Source: Vermamoeba vermiformis
Taxonomy: Eukaryota
NCBI GenBank assembly: GCA_045837725.1
Contig: JBEWZL010000179.1
Span: 620,001 to 684,000, forward strand
DNA: 64,000 nucleotides
Direction: 5' to 3'
The notes under the pieces are model-generated. The model did no database searches. It saw nothing but the letters and a program-made list of their open reading frames with translations, and was not told where the DNA came from. Positions 36,214 through 55,900 of this stretch are shown here, one piece after another. Numbering within the stretch: the first letter of the stretch is position 1; every line of letters starts with the position of its first letter. The translations under genes were made by a program, and so were the position numbers.

Positions 36214-37563
36214 TTAATACAAAGTAACCGAGTTGTCAGAGCGCGGTCTAATGATCTTTTCAAAGTTCTTCATGATGACGTCGTACAAAATCGCGTAGTT
36301 GTTGCGCAGATCTTTCCACGAGACGCGCAGGTCAATGTATTCTTTCTCGTCCAACTCTACGACTGATTGGTGGTAGTCTTGGATTTGAGGGTATTTGATG
36401 CACTTAGCGACCAACTTGGCACGAGTGACGAAGTATTTGGTCATTTGATCCAACGAGGTGAACGCGGAGTCTTCAGCACGGGTCAATTCGTTCAGAGCCT
36501 CTTCTTGAATAGAGACACCAAAGTTATTGCCGTCTTCAATACGGGGGATGTTTAACTAGACGAATGAGATGTGTTAGTTGCAATAGCCAATGTCGAAGAT
36601 TGGTCGAGTAACGTACCTGAATCCACAACTTGACAACGTTGATCTGTTCGACAAAGAAAAGAATTTCTTTCTTCAAAGTTTCAATAATGTCGGATACAAA
36701 CTATAAATATAAAAGTTGGTTAGGAATATTATTTACGACATATAAAAATTCATTGCAAAATCGCGTGTACCGACAAGATCCGATGAACAAGTATTCGAGT
36801 TAATACGTACCTTATTAATTGGGATGTTATTTTCAGGCTTCTTGGTGCCGTCAACTTCCATAGAAGTGGTCTCATCGAGCTTTCGCTTCTTGCGTGAGGC
36901 GTCCAACGAAGGCTCAACAGTGAATCCAGCGCTAATTTGTTTCAAATCGTGCTTGAACAAAGGACCAGTCTGTAACATTTAAAATGCGTCAATAAAATAT
37001 GTGGATTCATTGTTAAGTAATAAGAAAGTCGAAGAGTAAAGAGCAAATTAGATGCAAAGAGCGATCTGGTGGATCGCATTTTTTCAACGTTAATATCCAA
37101 GTCGAGTTTCTTCGGTCCTACAACTCGCAAAAAAGGTATACATTTGAGCTAATACGATCGTTGAATAATTTAAGAAAAGTTGAAAGCATCCGATCAGATC
37201 ACATTAAGAAAATTGCCTAATTTTTATGGTAGCTGGTAAGATTTTCTGTAAAAATATTGAAATGTTATTAGTAGCCATAGATGCTTACAAACAGCGTTTT
37301 TTGTTGGAATCCAGAAAAATAATTTCAGAATAAATTCAAATTAAATAACGCTTGTGCACTGACCTCCAATCCAGCGGTTAATTCTTTAACCTTCTTAGGT
37401 AACACTTCTTTAACAATGGATAAGGCTTTATCTTTGTGGCCTTGTTTCAAATCCGAGATCTCATCTTGAGCCAACTCCTTCTTAGCGTCCCTTTAATACG
37501 ATCGTCAATAATGTATTCAACTCTAGTAAATTTACTGGAAATAATTACGCACTTTTTGCTCAT
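36214..37563 (-). CDS. PSME3: Proteasome activator PA28 (REG/11S), gamma-like with an NLS, multi-exon
   Basis: WIQ|LNIPRIEDGNNFGVSIQEE, KYPQIQDY, KNFEKIIRPR and RKKRK. Confidence 0.9.
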
Positions 37564-37700
37564 GTTGTTTCTTCGTTAACAATAATACAAAAATAATTCG
37601 ATCTGAAACTAGTTTAAAATTTGACTCTCGCAAGCACAGAAGAACATCACTTTTGTAACACATCACACGTGTATATTGTTGGTATTTAAAGAGTGACAAA

Positions 37701-41164
<3,464 letters not shown>

Positions 41165-41244
41165 ATAGGACTCGTCGTTTGTAACTTTGTGAATAAAAAA
41201 TCAACGTCATTTTTGACCGGATCTGTTCGGATCTACAACTACAA

Positions 41245-44200
41245 CTACTTCTTCTTATTAGTCTTTTTGATCATTGTTCCAGTAATTTTATGATTGTCTT
41301 GAATGAGCTTCGTCAAGTACGGCCAATACTCGTTGTAATATTCCATCAACTGCGGAAGAATGTCGAGTGCTGTTTTGCCTTCATTGTTTTTCACGTCTGT
41401 TTTTGCTCCAACTTTATAGCTTAAATTTAATACGTAGGTCTTGTTTGGATAAATTTTGAAGATAGAACGAGGTACCTGATACAAGCTTGAACGCTATGTA
41501 ACAATAGCGCACAGATCTGTTGAAAGTCCGTGACCGACCATGAATTGTGTCCAGCACGCCAAGATGGAAATAATAACACGCGTGATGCAGCGCTGTATTT
41601 CCTTCGTCATCTTGCGCATTAATATCAACGCCTATTGTTCTACACGTTATCATTCGGTCTGAAAATTGATTTCGAAATAGACGTTTACCTGTCAAGTTCA
41701 ATAAGCATTCAATCATTGCTCGCCAATGCGCCACTGAAAAATTTGATTTTCTCTTGTCTGAGTATTGCACGCCCCTCAACATCTGCAATAATAAAATTAA
41801 CGTTGTTGGGTTTGATACGACTCTTATCATTGACGTACTTTCTCTAACAGATAATATGTAAGCGGAGTTAGTCCCAGGACCTTCGTATTAACTTCATCCG
41901 GATTAGCACGTGCAATGTTCTCAATGACCTTCGGATCCAAAAAGTTGTTTTTGATAACTTCGTGAATGAGCGAAGTCTCCGTTGGATTGATCTTGGCGTT
42001 AGCCCAGTTGATGCCTGCCGTATGATATTTCCATATTAGGAAATTTCTAATAATCCGGTTGTCAAGTACCTTCAATGCTGCATAATTGTGACGAATAAGC
42101 GTACAACAGAGGACTTTGAATGAGCCGTTGAAGACCGGTCACGCCGAATTCATCTGCTGCGTTCATTGCTTGAGCGATTGATGGACTGCATTCTTTGATT
42201 AATGTCGTAATGTCGCTGTTTAGATATAATAAAGTTAGACTCCTTCGCAGGCACACGATAAAACCTTACTTTTCCTTGGGCTCAAGAGTAGCGAGGGAAT
42301 TAAACAGCCTAAGAGTTATCGTTAGATAAAAGGCAAGTGAAAGTGTTCGCCAACGTGAAAAATATGAATCTGTAACAGAATAGAGTTGACACGTGTCAAA
42401 GTGTCAAAGTGTCAGAGTGAAATCCGTCCTATTACAAACAACAAATCTCAAGTAATACTTACAAATGAAGCGGCATTGTGCCTCTTTTGTTTGGCGTGGC
42501 CCAGAGTTCTGCAAGTTTGGGAAATTTCTGAGGCCAATCAAACACGCCTTTTTGTCTGTGCACGACCTACGACCCAAAAAATAAAAATTTCATCGACAAA
42601 GATTATTTACTTACGTAATGCAAGAGGTTGTTGCCAAGATGATCGGTGAGTGTCAAATCGCACTTTTCCAACAACATTCTCAGAATATTATCGACAACCG
42701 CTGCTGGCAGCTCCTTGGGCTGGCTAAAATAGGGTTTTTAGTATTCCAATAAAAACAATTATTCCGCCGTACATGTCATTAATTTCCTCGTTTTTGGGCC
42801 ACCACGACGGTCGTCTTAACTTTGCAAAAACGTCCCTTGAAAAAAATACGTGAGTAATTAATCATATATTATGATCGTTCATACTTATTCAAGTTGTCAA
42901 ATGTTATTAGTTGCCACGCGTCTGAACGATCTTGCAAACTTTGATAATAATAGTTGAATCTGTGCGAGGGGGCATTGGGTGACACGTGCGACAGCAAGCA
43001 CATCGCCGCTGAAATTTTATCAATTTTATCATTACGATGATGTGTAATAATCTTATCTTGCTTACGCGTCAATTTTAAAGTATTTGTTGCCGCATTGACA
43101 TCAGCACCGAGTTCAAGGAGCAGTTTCACCGTGGTTCCATTGCGCACAGCGTAATGCAATGGCGTGTATCCAGCCAAGTCCCTTTATAAAATATTAATAG
43201 GTGTCATATAAAAGTTATTTATAAAATCATACCTGCAATTGATTGCTGCGTTTTTGTCTTTCACGTTGGGGTGATTTAAAATTTCAGTGATCGCCTCATC
43301 GGGTTCATCAAGATCCACGAGAAAATGAAGCAATGATCGTTTGAAAGGCTAAATGAAGGTATATAAATAAGACATAGTTAGTGTTTAGGTTGAATAGTGT
43401 TACCTTGTCTGTCAGAGAGAAATCGATGTTGCTGCCCTGAATGATTTTTTTCCAATTGTCTGTGGCACTGACCATCAGTGGCGTCATGCCGAGCATATCT
43501 TGCGCATTGATATTTGCGCCGTGACTTAACAGTGCATTTACTACGCCTGGCTTGGAACCATCTGCAAGCGCAGCATGTAAGGGTGTCCATCCGGAGGGAT
43601 TCTAAGTGGTCAGTGTTAGTCTTATTGTTGGACGCGGGTTGTATGAATTTGAATGCGCCCAACAATACTTAAATTTACGATTGAAATTTTAATCAATAAA
43701 GGCGCAATATTAAACAAAATCGCTTAACGAAAGATTTTACCGTTAAAATAATTTTGCTCAAAAATTGCTATTTTTGGATATTTTGATTATTAATTTGTTA
43801 ATTTTGATTCGACATTCCAACAATGGAACAGAAAATTGATCCGATGTTGTCACTTACGCTATGATTGACCTCAGCACCGAGTTGCAATAACATTTTGACC
43901 TTCAACAATCCGTTTTCTAGTGCCATGCACACCAGCAGTAGCGGAGAGTCTCCGTCTTGAGTAAGCTCGTTGACGTTCAAATTGAGGTCTTTGATCATTT
44001 GTTTTAATGTTTCCGTGACTGCAGGCACCTCACTCGGCTCCGGCGGAGGTGTTCCTAATCTCAATTTGTGGCTCGATTTGGCACCTTTGGCATCGATAAG
44101 CACCAAATAATGAATCAATTTGAATCCTCGGTCATCGTACTCTTGCGGATAATTTCGGAAATATTCCGATCTGATGTGGAGTTAAACGTCAACTATAGCA

Positions 44201-46077
44201 AAGTATGATTATTGATAATAAAAACTTACATTAATGGGTAGTGACCATTTTTAACGGCTTCGAGCGCATTTGCAAGCGTCAATTTTTTCACGTCGAATGC
44301 TTGGTTTGTTATGACTTCTTTCCACTATAATGTATTGAATATAGTTAACCGTATTTAAAATATGTAGTGAGATTACCAATATCGGGTCCCGGCGAAATAG
44401 ATTTTGCATTGAAGCAGGTGTCCATAACGCACCGTGTTCGGCCAATAATTTCGTCGTACTTTGTAACTTTTTTTTCACGGCTTTCTAAACGAACGATTGT
44501 AAATCATATATAAATTTGCTAGTATACTAGCAAATTAGTTACTTCTAGTAGGGTGTGCTTTCCATCGGAACAATTCACGTCAATTCCTTTCTTCAATAGC
44601 CTACTCATAATTGCGCTACAATCTAAGATGCAGATATTGCTTAGAATACGTCGAATAAGCAATAAAAATGAACTGAAAGAATAAAATTGATAAAAAATTG
44701 TACGTACTGGCATCGTTTTGTTTAAGGACCGGCAAAAAAGCGGGTTTGCCGTCAACAAGTTTCATCGGATCTGCTCCGTATTGAAGTAATAATATATAAG
44801 TGTCTTTCGTCAAATCTTTAGATGATAATGGTGATGCATTGGGATATGGATAGTTCGGATCTGCTCCGTATTCCAGCAGCAACTTCGTTTCTTTATAGCT
44901 TTCGAGTTTGAATCTCAATAAGCAACCCTATCATTTTTAATCAATATAAGGGTCGTTTTTGTCAATATTTTACCTCTCTACATAGACTCAGAGGAGAGTT
45001 CCGAAACAATCTTGCCAAAAAAGGAAATCGGTTCTCTTTGTCTTCCTTGAGAAAGTAGCCATTGATATCGAGCTTCAATTCTCGGAATAAATATTCGCAA
45101 ATATCTTTCGTTAACGTAAATGATCCTCGGAATATGTCCAACAAGCCGTGTATGTAATTTGAAGATTGCAATACTGGTCCAATTTTTTTCAGATCTTCAA
45201 AATTTCGAATCTCGCTAAGAAATTTTTGCTGTATGACTGCAGTATTTCCTATCATTTCGTAATTATTTTGACCTTTGACGTTTGAAAGAACAACGAACTG
45301 GAGCTGGGGTGCTTGATCTACCAGGGCTTGTATTGTTCCTAGTAAGTTGCTTATCGAACTATCATGCACGCTAATTTTGCGTAATTTTTTCGTTTGCGAA
45401 AAAATGGTGGCTGATTTTGTGCTTGGTTTTGTGACGGTGATCTGTTTTAGCATGCATAATTCTTCGATATTCGGCGCTCCCTATATAATTAAAATATATT
45501 CATCAATGGGGTTGATACGCGTTAACTTACTTGCATAATCAATTCGAATGTCTTTGCTTCCATAACACACGGAGATCCGGATGCGATACTCAAAAACGTT
45601 AAATTGCTCCAGTTTGGCATACTGTCAAGAGAAATTAATCCCTTGGTAATGTCATTTACATCTATTGCTAATCTTCGCAATTTGATCCGTGCTAGAGCCT
45701 GGAATATTTCGTTGACTGCCGTGGTCATGAGCTCAATACAGACATCTTGAGTTGATTGACAATATCGTTCTAAAAATAATATAAATGATTCTGAGTTATA
45801 TACAACGCAATTCAATAGCCTCCAACAATTTGGATGTGTTAAAATGACGCGCCAACGTTTTGACACCTAAAAAAATTATTACAATTAAATTACAAATAAT
45901 ACAAACGATAATACTAATAATTCTCGTGATTCGAAAGCAGTGCTAAAGATTTTAATTTCTTCGAAATTGCCGTACGGTAATCAGATGCGCTCGATCCACA
46001 CAAGTAAAGCTTAAAAATATTCTTTGCCATATGTCATCGACCAAATCTATTTGGTTATCAAGATTTGAGTCTTCCAT
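41245..46077 (-). CDS. F-box plus LRR-like plus ankyrin-repeat protein, many exons; could be more than one gene
   Basis: DLVDDIWQRIF...VSKRWR; LRR-like segments; ankyrin motifs GDSPLLL, GMTPLM, GYTPLHYA, GNTALHHA and GKTALD. Confidence 0.8.
42387..42398. repeat. Intronic palindrome TGACACGTGTCA, copy 4, followed by AAGTGTCA half-sites
   Basis: ttgacacgtgtcaaagtgtcaaagtgtcagagtg in an intron of the F-box/ankyrin gene. Confidence 0.9.
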
Positions 46078-46286
46078 TCTCGCCGGTTCGGAATTCAATG
46101 TGTTCGATCTCTCGTCTTCGAAAATTTTATTCTTTCTGGTGTATTATTTACATTTGAATGCAAAACCGAGCGCGGCATGAAAGAGAAAATTTATCGCTCA
46201 AAAATTCAGCCACGTGGTTCGTGTTCTACGGCTGAAGATTTTCCTTGCTTCATCCATCTGTTGTGTTTTGATCCTTTTGAAGGCAG

Positions 46287-49188
46287 TTACGACAAAGCGA
46301 ATTTATTGTTCAAAAAGATGACTAGGTCATTCATAGTCTAATAACAAATGGTTAGCGCGCAAGTCGGAACTGACTCTCAGCATCATCTTACCGGCCTATC
46401 GTCGGGATTGACTTTCCAACACATTTGCATCAGTTCTGCAAGCACTGGATCACAGTCATCGAGAATGGAAGGTGTACAGCCCTGATCGCGAATTTTCATA
46501 GCAACGTCAAGTTGATTCTCACCTTCATAAGGCTCGTGACCGTTGACTATCTCACTAACTGATATGAATAAGCTATTAGTGTAATCCGAGCGGCAGCAAC
46601 AGCTAAACGTACCAACGATCCCAAATGTCCACACATCTGACTTGTAACTGTACGACATGTCGTTGACACTTTCGGGAGCCTAAACTTTAACGTCAGTTTA
46701 GCCGTCCTCAAATCAATTGATTTTCATTCGTACCATCCATCGAATAGGACCTATTGGTGAGTACGTCTTGCCCTGCAATGCTTCTTCTTTGAGAGTTCGG
46801 GACATGCCAAAGTCCTGTCAAACAACGTGTTACAACTTAACGCTCGAGAATCGGCTTCAATTAACTTACACATATTTTGGGAATGCCTTCTTTGAGCTGA
46901 ATTGAGATTAGAAAGGATTAGTTAAGAGTTCATATACATACCAAGATGTTTCTTGCCGCCAAGTCACGATGAATAATTTTGTGCTCGTGAAGGTGCAGCA
47001 GTCCGTATGCAATGCCCAGTACTAACGCGCGTTGTTCTTTCTGATCAAGTGTTTGATTGAACACAATCTTGTCGAGACTGCCGCCCTCGCAGTATTCGAG
47101 CACTATTAGCGGATACTCTGCGTCAGTGCAAACACCGTACGTTTGAACAAGATTTGGGTGAGGAGGCATTGACCTGCACAATTATTAGGTCAAGCGTGCA
47201 GCGTATTTAATGCTTACAGCGTCAATTTTGCTTCAGCCGAGAAGTTTTCAGGGCTTGAAAACTGGTTGCTCATTTTAACGGCCACTGTCGCACCACGCCA
47301 TTTGCTGCAGAACAGTCAGTACGAGTGATGGATTGGCGTCAAAATGCGTACCCTAAGAACACTTTGCCAAAGCTACCAGCGCCTATACTCTTTCCAATAT
47401 TCAGCTGCTTGTACGGAATGAGCATTTTCTTTTCAAACAACGGATCGTCTTTTGAGGGCAATTTGATTGCACTGTAGATCGATTCTGGGTCTTCTGACTT
47501 TTTCTTCTGTTTGCGTAGCTTCTTGCGCATGAGTATTAGGACTATAGCCCCTGCCATCAAAGGAACTCCAACTCCGACAAGCACTCCTACCAAGACTTTG
47601 TTCTGTGTTGTCAGTTCACCTGATGATGAGTTAGGCTGATTGACACCACTCGAAGGAGGGTCAACAACTGGAGTAGTTAGGGTTGGCGCATTTGCAGGCT
47701 CAGTAGTTGGCGCACTGCCAGTCGGTGTGTTAATTGGAGCTACTGCAAAGGGAAGACCACTCTGATTGAGCTAGGTTAACACTGTCTGAAAAGTTAACTG
47801 CAACTTACCCCGTCATCCCAAGCCCAATAATCGATTCCATTCTTCGTAGACACTAAAATAACTTGATCTTTGCAAGCCATAGACATGACAGTAAGATTGC
47901 CGGTCACTAATGACTTGTCGGTGATATTGAATCCATTTGCCGTGTCAAGTGAATACAAAGAGTAGACTTGAGAAACTGTGCTAGATACGGCTAGGATCAT
48001 CGTAGTGCTGCCGATCATACAGCTGTACATTGGAGCGTTCCGTGTCATGTTGAGAGGGTAGTCCAAGTCAATGCCATGCAGCGAATATTCATTGTAATTT
48101 AGTTGCCCAGCCATTGTGCACAAATGGCGTCCTTTGAGAATGACATGGTCTACTGCGTTGTCGATCAGTCCTATGTAACACGAGAACCAATGTGTCGCGT
48201 TGGCTGTGATCGTGGCAAATGCACCTCCGCCTATTGGACCTTCTCTCACGCAGTCATACGCGCACTTTTGCACCACAGTGTTCCATATCAAGGAATTGTC
48301 GTTGCGACTCTCCGAGTAGACGATGTAAAACATTTGACCTTTCAAGTTAAGTTAGCGCACGGAAATTCCTTTAAGCACTTACTTGTAGGATCTTGATACA
48401 GCTGCCAACTGAAAATCATATCCATATTCTCGATGCCTACTGGCGTAAAAGTATGCGGTCCGTCAGTAGTAGCATTTACGCGGCTGATGACCAGATCCTA
48501 AAACCTCAAATGTTACACTCTAATCATTATGTTACAATCTAAACTTACATCCGAATATAAGAAAGTTTGCACTAAACTGTTGTTAAGCCATACAGCGTAG
48601 AACGGGGACCTCCAAGCACGTGTTGGAAGATCTGACCAAAGTGAATCCCCCAAAACTTGGTTTACCAGACTAGAGTTCTGCCATAGATATAAGTAATTAT
48701 GATTACTGTCGTCTTTTAATGATACTTACTATAAGCCCCGCGTAAGCACACTCGTCGAGTCCTTGGATCACAGTCAGATCGTCATTATTTATTCCATCGT
48801 TTGGCGCTGTTCCTTCAACTACCGTGCTATTCTCGGAGAAAATATGTAAAGTATAAACTTTTCCTGTTGACACGGAGTCAGCAATGCAAGCTCGGTAGGA
48901 CCATGAAGTTGAATTCCCCGCTACAAGCTGGATGTCGCGACGAGCCGAAGAATTGCCCAATGTTAGGCTTATTGGCTTAATGAATGTAAAGCCTATTAAA
49001 TTAACATTATCAATCATTTTAAATAGCTAACGATTTTTGCAAAATTAAAATCAATTAATTTGCTTGATTGTTGAAAATTTTAGATCATTAATACTCGGTG
49101 GTAATTGATATTTAAACTTACTTGAGTTAGCTATTGAAAGTGTCGCCAGAAAAATAATGAATGGCACGACCAGGGATGGAGTTCGCAT
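46287..49188 (-). CDS. Single-pass receptor kinase with tyrosine-kinase-type signatures
   Basis: Signal peptide, Pro/Thr stalk and TM LVGVLVGVGVPLMAGAIVLIL. Kinase motifs IGAGSFGKV, HRDLAARN, DFGMSR, GPIRWMAPE and KSDVWTFG. Confidence 0.92.
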
Positions 49189-49766
49189 GGATAGAAACGC
49201 CTGATTTAAACTTCCCTTGTGGTCTACTTACAAATTAAAGTATAACTAAATTAAATAACTTCTATTCGCGTCACTTCTAAAAACAGCAAGTAAATCACAA
49301 TAATCTCAACTTAATCTGCGTAATACGCGTGTATTTGGCATTAATATTGACAATGCACAGAACAAGGAAGAAATAGTCTAATTCGTTGAAGAAAAGGTTA
49401 GATCCAAAGTGAAACAATTCATTATTTTTAAAAATTCAATAATAATTCAATAATAAATTCGTCGTCTTTGGAAGAATTGATACAACATGCAAAAATATAG
49501 TTGTATAATTATTGGAGTGAAAATAAAATGTTTCTGCTTACGCGCACGAAGTTAATCCGCACTCCGAAAATAGACTAGACTTTTCTTGCCTCATGTAGGC
49601 CAGAAATCGTCTAGCTACATTTATCTTTCAGGCATGATCATATTTGCGATTAAGAGTTGCTACTTTGTGCATCCAAAATTAATCAATTTAAAACTGAAAG
49701 TGCGCCAAAAAATCACGCGTTTATGTACATAAAAGTCAAGTTGGGAGGCGTGTAACTTTGGTCAAG

Positions 49767-52602
<2,836 letters not shown>

Positions 52603-52964
52603 CTCTCTTGTGTTGTTCAGGCTTTTTGCTTGTTGAAATTTTGTTTGGTGCTGCGCTGATCCAATTTTAAAACAAATCGTTCATGAATGGACCAGATCGT
52701 AAAAATTTTGTTTCCAACAAGTTTTCGTACAAAAAAAGCACAAAGAATTTCATGGACAATCCAGGAGGGAACGCTCAAAGTAGTTCAACGGGAGAATTCG
52801 ATGTAAAAGCAGGATGCTGCAGTGAAAGAAGTGCAACTCTTTCCTTTACAGATGAACTCGAGACGTACAGTAAATAGCATCTTAATTTATTCGGTCACAA
52901 ATGACAGGTGACGAGCAAAGTTGCAAAGTATTTTTGTTTCAATTGTTAGCTTTCCCTTTTAGTG

Positions 52965-55900
52965 ATGGCCTCCACTAAAATCGTATCAGGTACGTTTAAA
53001 TCAATGTTATAATCTCCTTCCTTATTTGAGTTAGCACTAACTATTTTTTTTTAGCCGTAATTATCCTTATTTTGGGTTCGGTTGCACTTTCCAATGGTAA
53101 GTTTATTAGTGCCACAAAATAAACTGCACGCTATTAATTATTGCCGATATTCTGTTGCAATTTTTAAATTTTATTCTTTTGATCAGGCTGTTTTACCTTC
53201 ACCTTTCCGCTTCCCACAGATCGGTTTTCTACGTCAATCGCCTCTGTAGAGAACTTTGTAATATTTATTGGAGGAAGAATGACCACGGCAAGGGAGATTA
53301 TTTTGGACAGTGTTGACATCTTGGATACGCAAGCTCCTCGATCAGCTCAAAGGTGGACTTCCTCGGTTATGCATTCAAGACGTGTTAGAGCGCTAACAGC
53401 TACAATTGGAAAGAAATTGTTTATATTTGGAGGAGTCAATGGGGCTAATGAAGCAGTCCGGGATGTGGAACTGCTTTCTTTCGAATCTTCGCCACCAGTT
53501 ATGTCTATCGTTGGCACGATCGATTATGACCGTTCAATAACGTCCGGTAACAATTTTTTGACGGTCGTAGGCAACGAGCTTGTAATTTCAATTGAAAATG
53601 GACTGCTATTTTACGACTACACTACGAACATTACAAGAACAGCTACCTTTGCGGCTTCAACTACAGTGCATGTGACTGGAGGATTATTTGCTGTTGATGA
53701 TCAGGCCTTTGTAGTCTTCAACGAAGGCGTCACGGTGTATCGATCAGGAAACTACACTTTAGAATTCCAACCCTTCCGTTACGGCATGGACATTAACGGC
53801 AGACTCATTGGTGCATATTACTTAAATACACTTGGCTACATAATTTCGGAAGCAGGCATAACACTTTTCAACCCACAAACTATCGAACTCCTACCGTGGC
53901 AACAAACATCAAATTTGGTTAATTCAGCAGTCCAGCATGAAAACAACTTGTTCATGTTCACTGGCCCCAGTCGCGGTGTTGTCAATACTATCACGACATA
54001 TCAAGCACTTTCACAAGTCAAGTTCTCGTTGCCCTATACACGATACAACTTTGCCTCAGAGGACTTTGCAGTGGTTGGCAGCGGTGATAACTTGTACGTA
54101 GTTGGCTGGACGTTCAATTCGCCCGTGCCATCGACGCAGGTGCTGGTCTACGACATTGCGAACAGCCGTCAGCAGTTCACACCATTCGATTTCGATAAAG
54201 ACTTTGATTTGGAAGCACTACACGAGCAGAACGACATAATTTACACAATTGTGAGGATCCCTTCAGATGGACAACGAGAGCTGATTGTGTACAACTTGAG
54301 ATCAAGAACAGGCACTGCCCGTCTCTTGAACGCCCCTTACGAGTTCAAAAGTGCCCACACAATCAATGGAAGCAACTTGATTTACTTTCACGGCACTGAT
54401 TCTACACAACCTGTCACGGACATTATATTGGTCTACAATCCGAATCCTGTTGGGCTGCAAGTTATATCTGTTCCAAACGGGTACGAGGTAACCAACCTGT
54501 ACACAGTCGGAACAAAGATATTTGTCGACAGACGGTCACTTTCACTTCCGATCTCAACGCTCGACATCTTTGACACGGCGACAAGTCAATGGAGCACGTA
54601 CAATCTTTCATCGGCGCAGCTAGAATTCTTCGTGCTCAGCAAAGGCAACAAGCTTGTGTTGTTCCCTGATCACTTTGCGATGCTCTATCAATTCGACGTT
54701 TACGACTATGGCCGAGATCGTTGGTCTGTCATTCAAATCGAGACACCGAGAAGATTTGTTACTTCAGAGATTGTAGATGACATTCTCTACATCGCTGGTG
54801 GAGTTTCAGAAGAAGGAAATTTCTTGGACTCAGTCGAAGTGTACGACTTGGTCACGTTAAACAAGATCAATAGTCTGAAACTTCAAGAGCCAAGACGATT
54901 AATACTCGTCGAGTCGTTGCAGCCCTATCTTGTCTTCGCTGGTGGCGAGCTCACGGATGGATCTTTGTCAGCGCACATTGAAATCTACAACACGCACAAT
55001 CAAAGCTGGCACGGCCGTGCATTATTTCCGCTACCAGAACTGATTGGACTGAACTTCGGGATCTCTGCAGTTGACTCAAGACTGTTTTTCCGATACAACA
55101 ATTACGTCTATATTCTCGATCTGACGAACATGCGTATTGATCCGCTGATGATCCCGTTCATGTCCGGATATGGCAGCCACGTGATAGGCACGAACATCAT
55201 CTTCTACGGTCAGTACGGAAGACTCTCCGTGTACTTCTTTTACGAGGTGACGACTGGCTCGGTCTTTCAAATCAACACCCCTCACGTGTACGACAGAAAA
55301 CACACGTTGCTGTGGCAAAACCAATTTGTGTTTTTCATGCGTGGGATTGCTGTAGTGCCCGTGCCCTTCATGTCGAACACATTGACAAGCCAACACGTGT
55401 TCATGGACCAATCAGTCCAGTTCTTCGTCAACGCGACTGGCAACTCTCTTCGCTACAGCTGGCGCTTAAATGACAGGCCTTTGAATGTCACATCACCAAC
55501 ACTGACAATTCCTCGAGAAAGCCTTCAGAACGGAGTGTACTCCGTCCACATCACTGACCACTGTCAAGCGACTACATCGCAGTCAGCTTCACTGATTGTT
55601 GAACCACCGCCATCCTTTACCCGACCGTTCTCTCAAGTGATCGCATTATGCAACGCTGTGGCACGCCTCCAAGTCGAGACTACAGGCGAGGAAGTTCAAG
55701 TGCACTGGACTCTGAACGATAGACGGTTACCCGATTCTGGCCGGTCAATTGAAATTCCTATGGCGGACTTGGATTGTGACGCAACGCATCGCTTGTGTGC
55801 TATTGCATCAAATCCATCAGGATCGACTCCGAACTGTGGTCCTTTGCAGCTGTTAGATATAACTCGTGTGTTTAATGGCCCAAGACCCGATTCCAACAAC

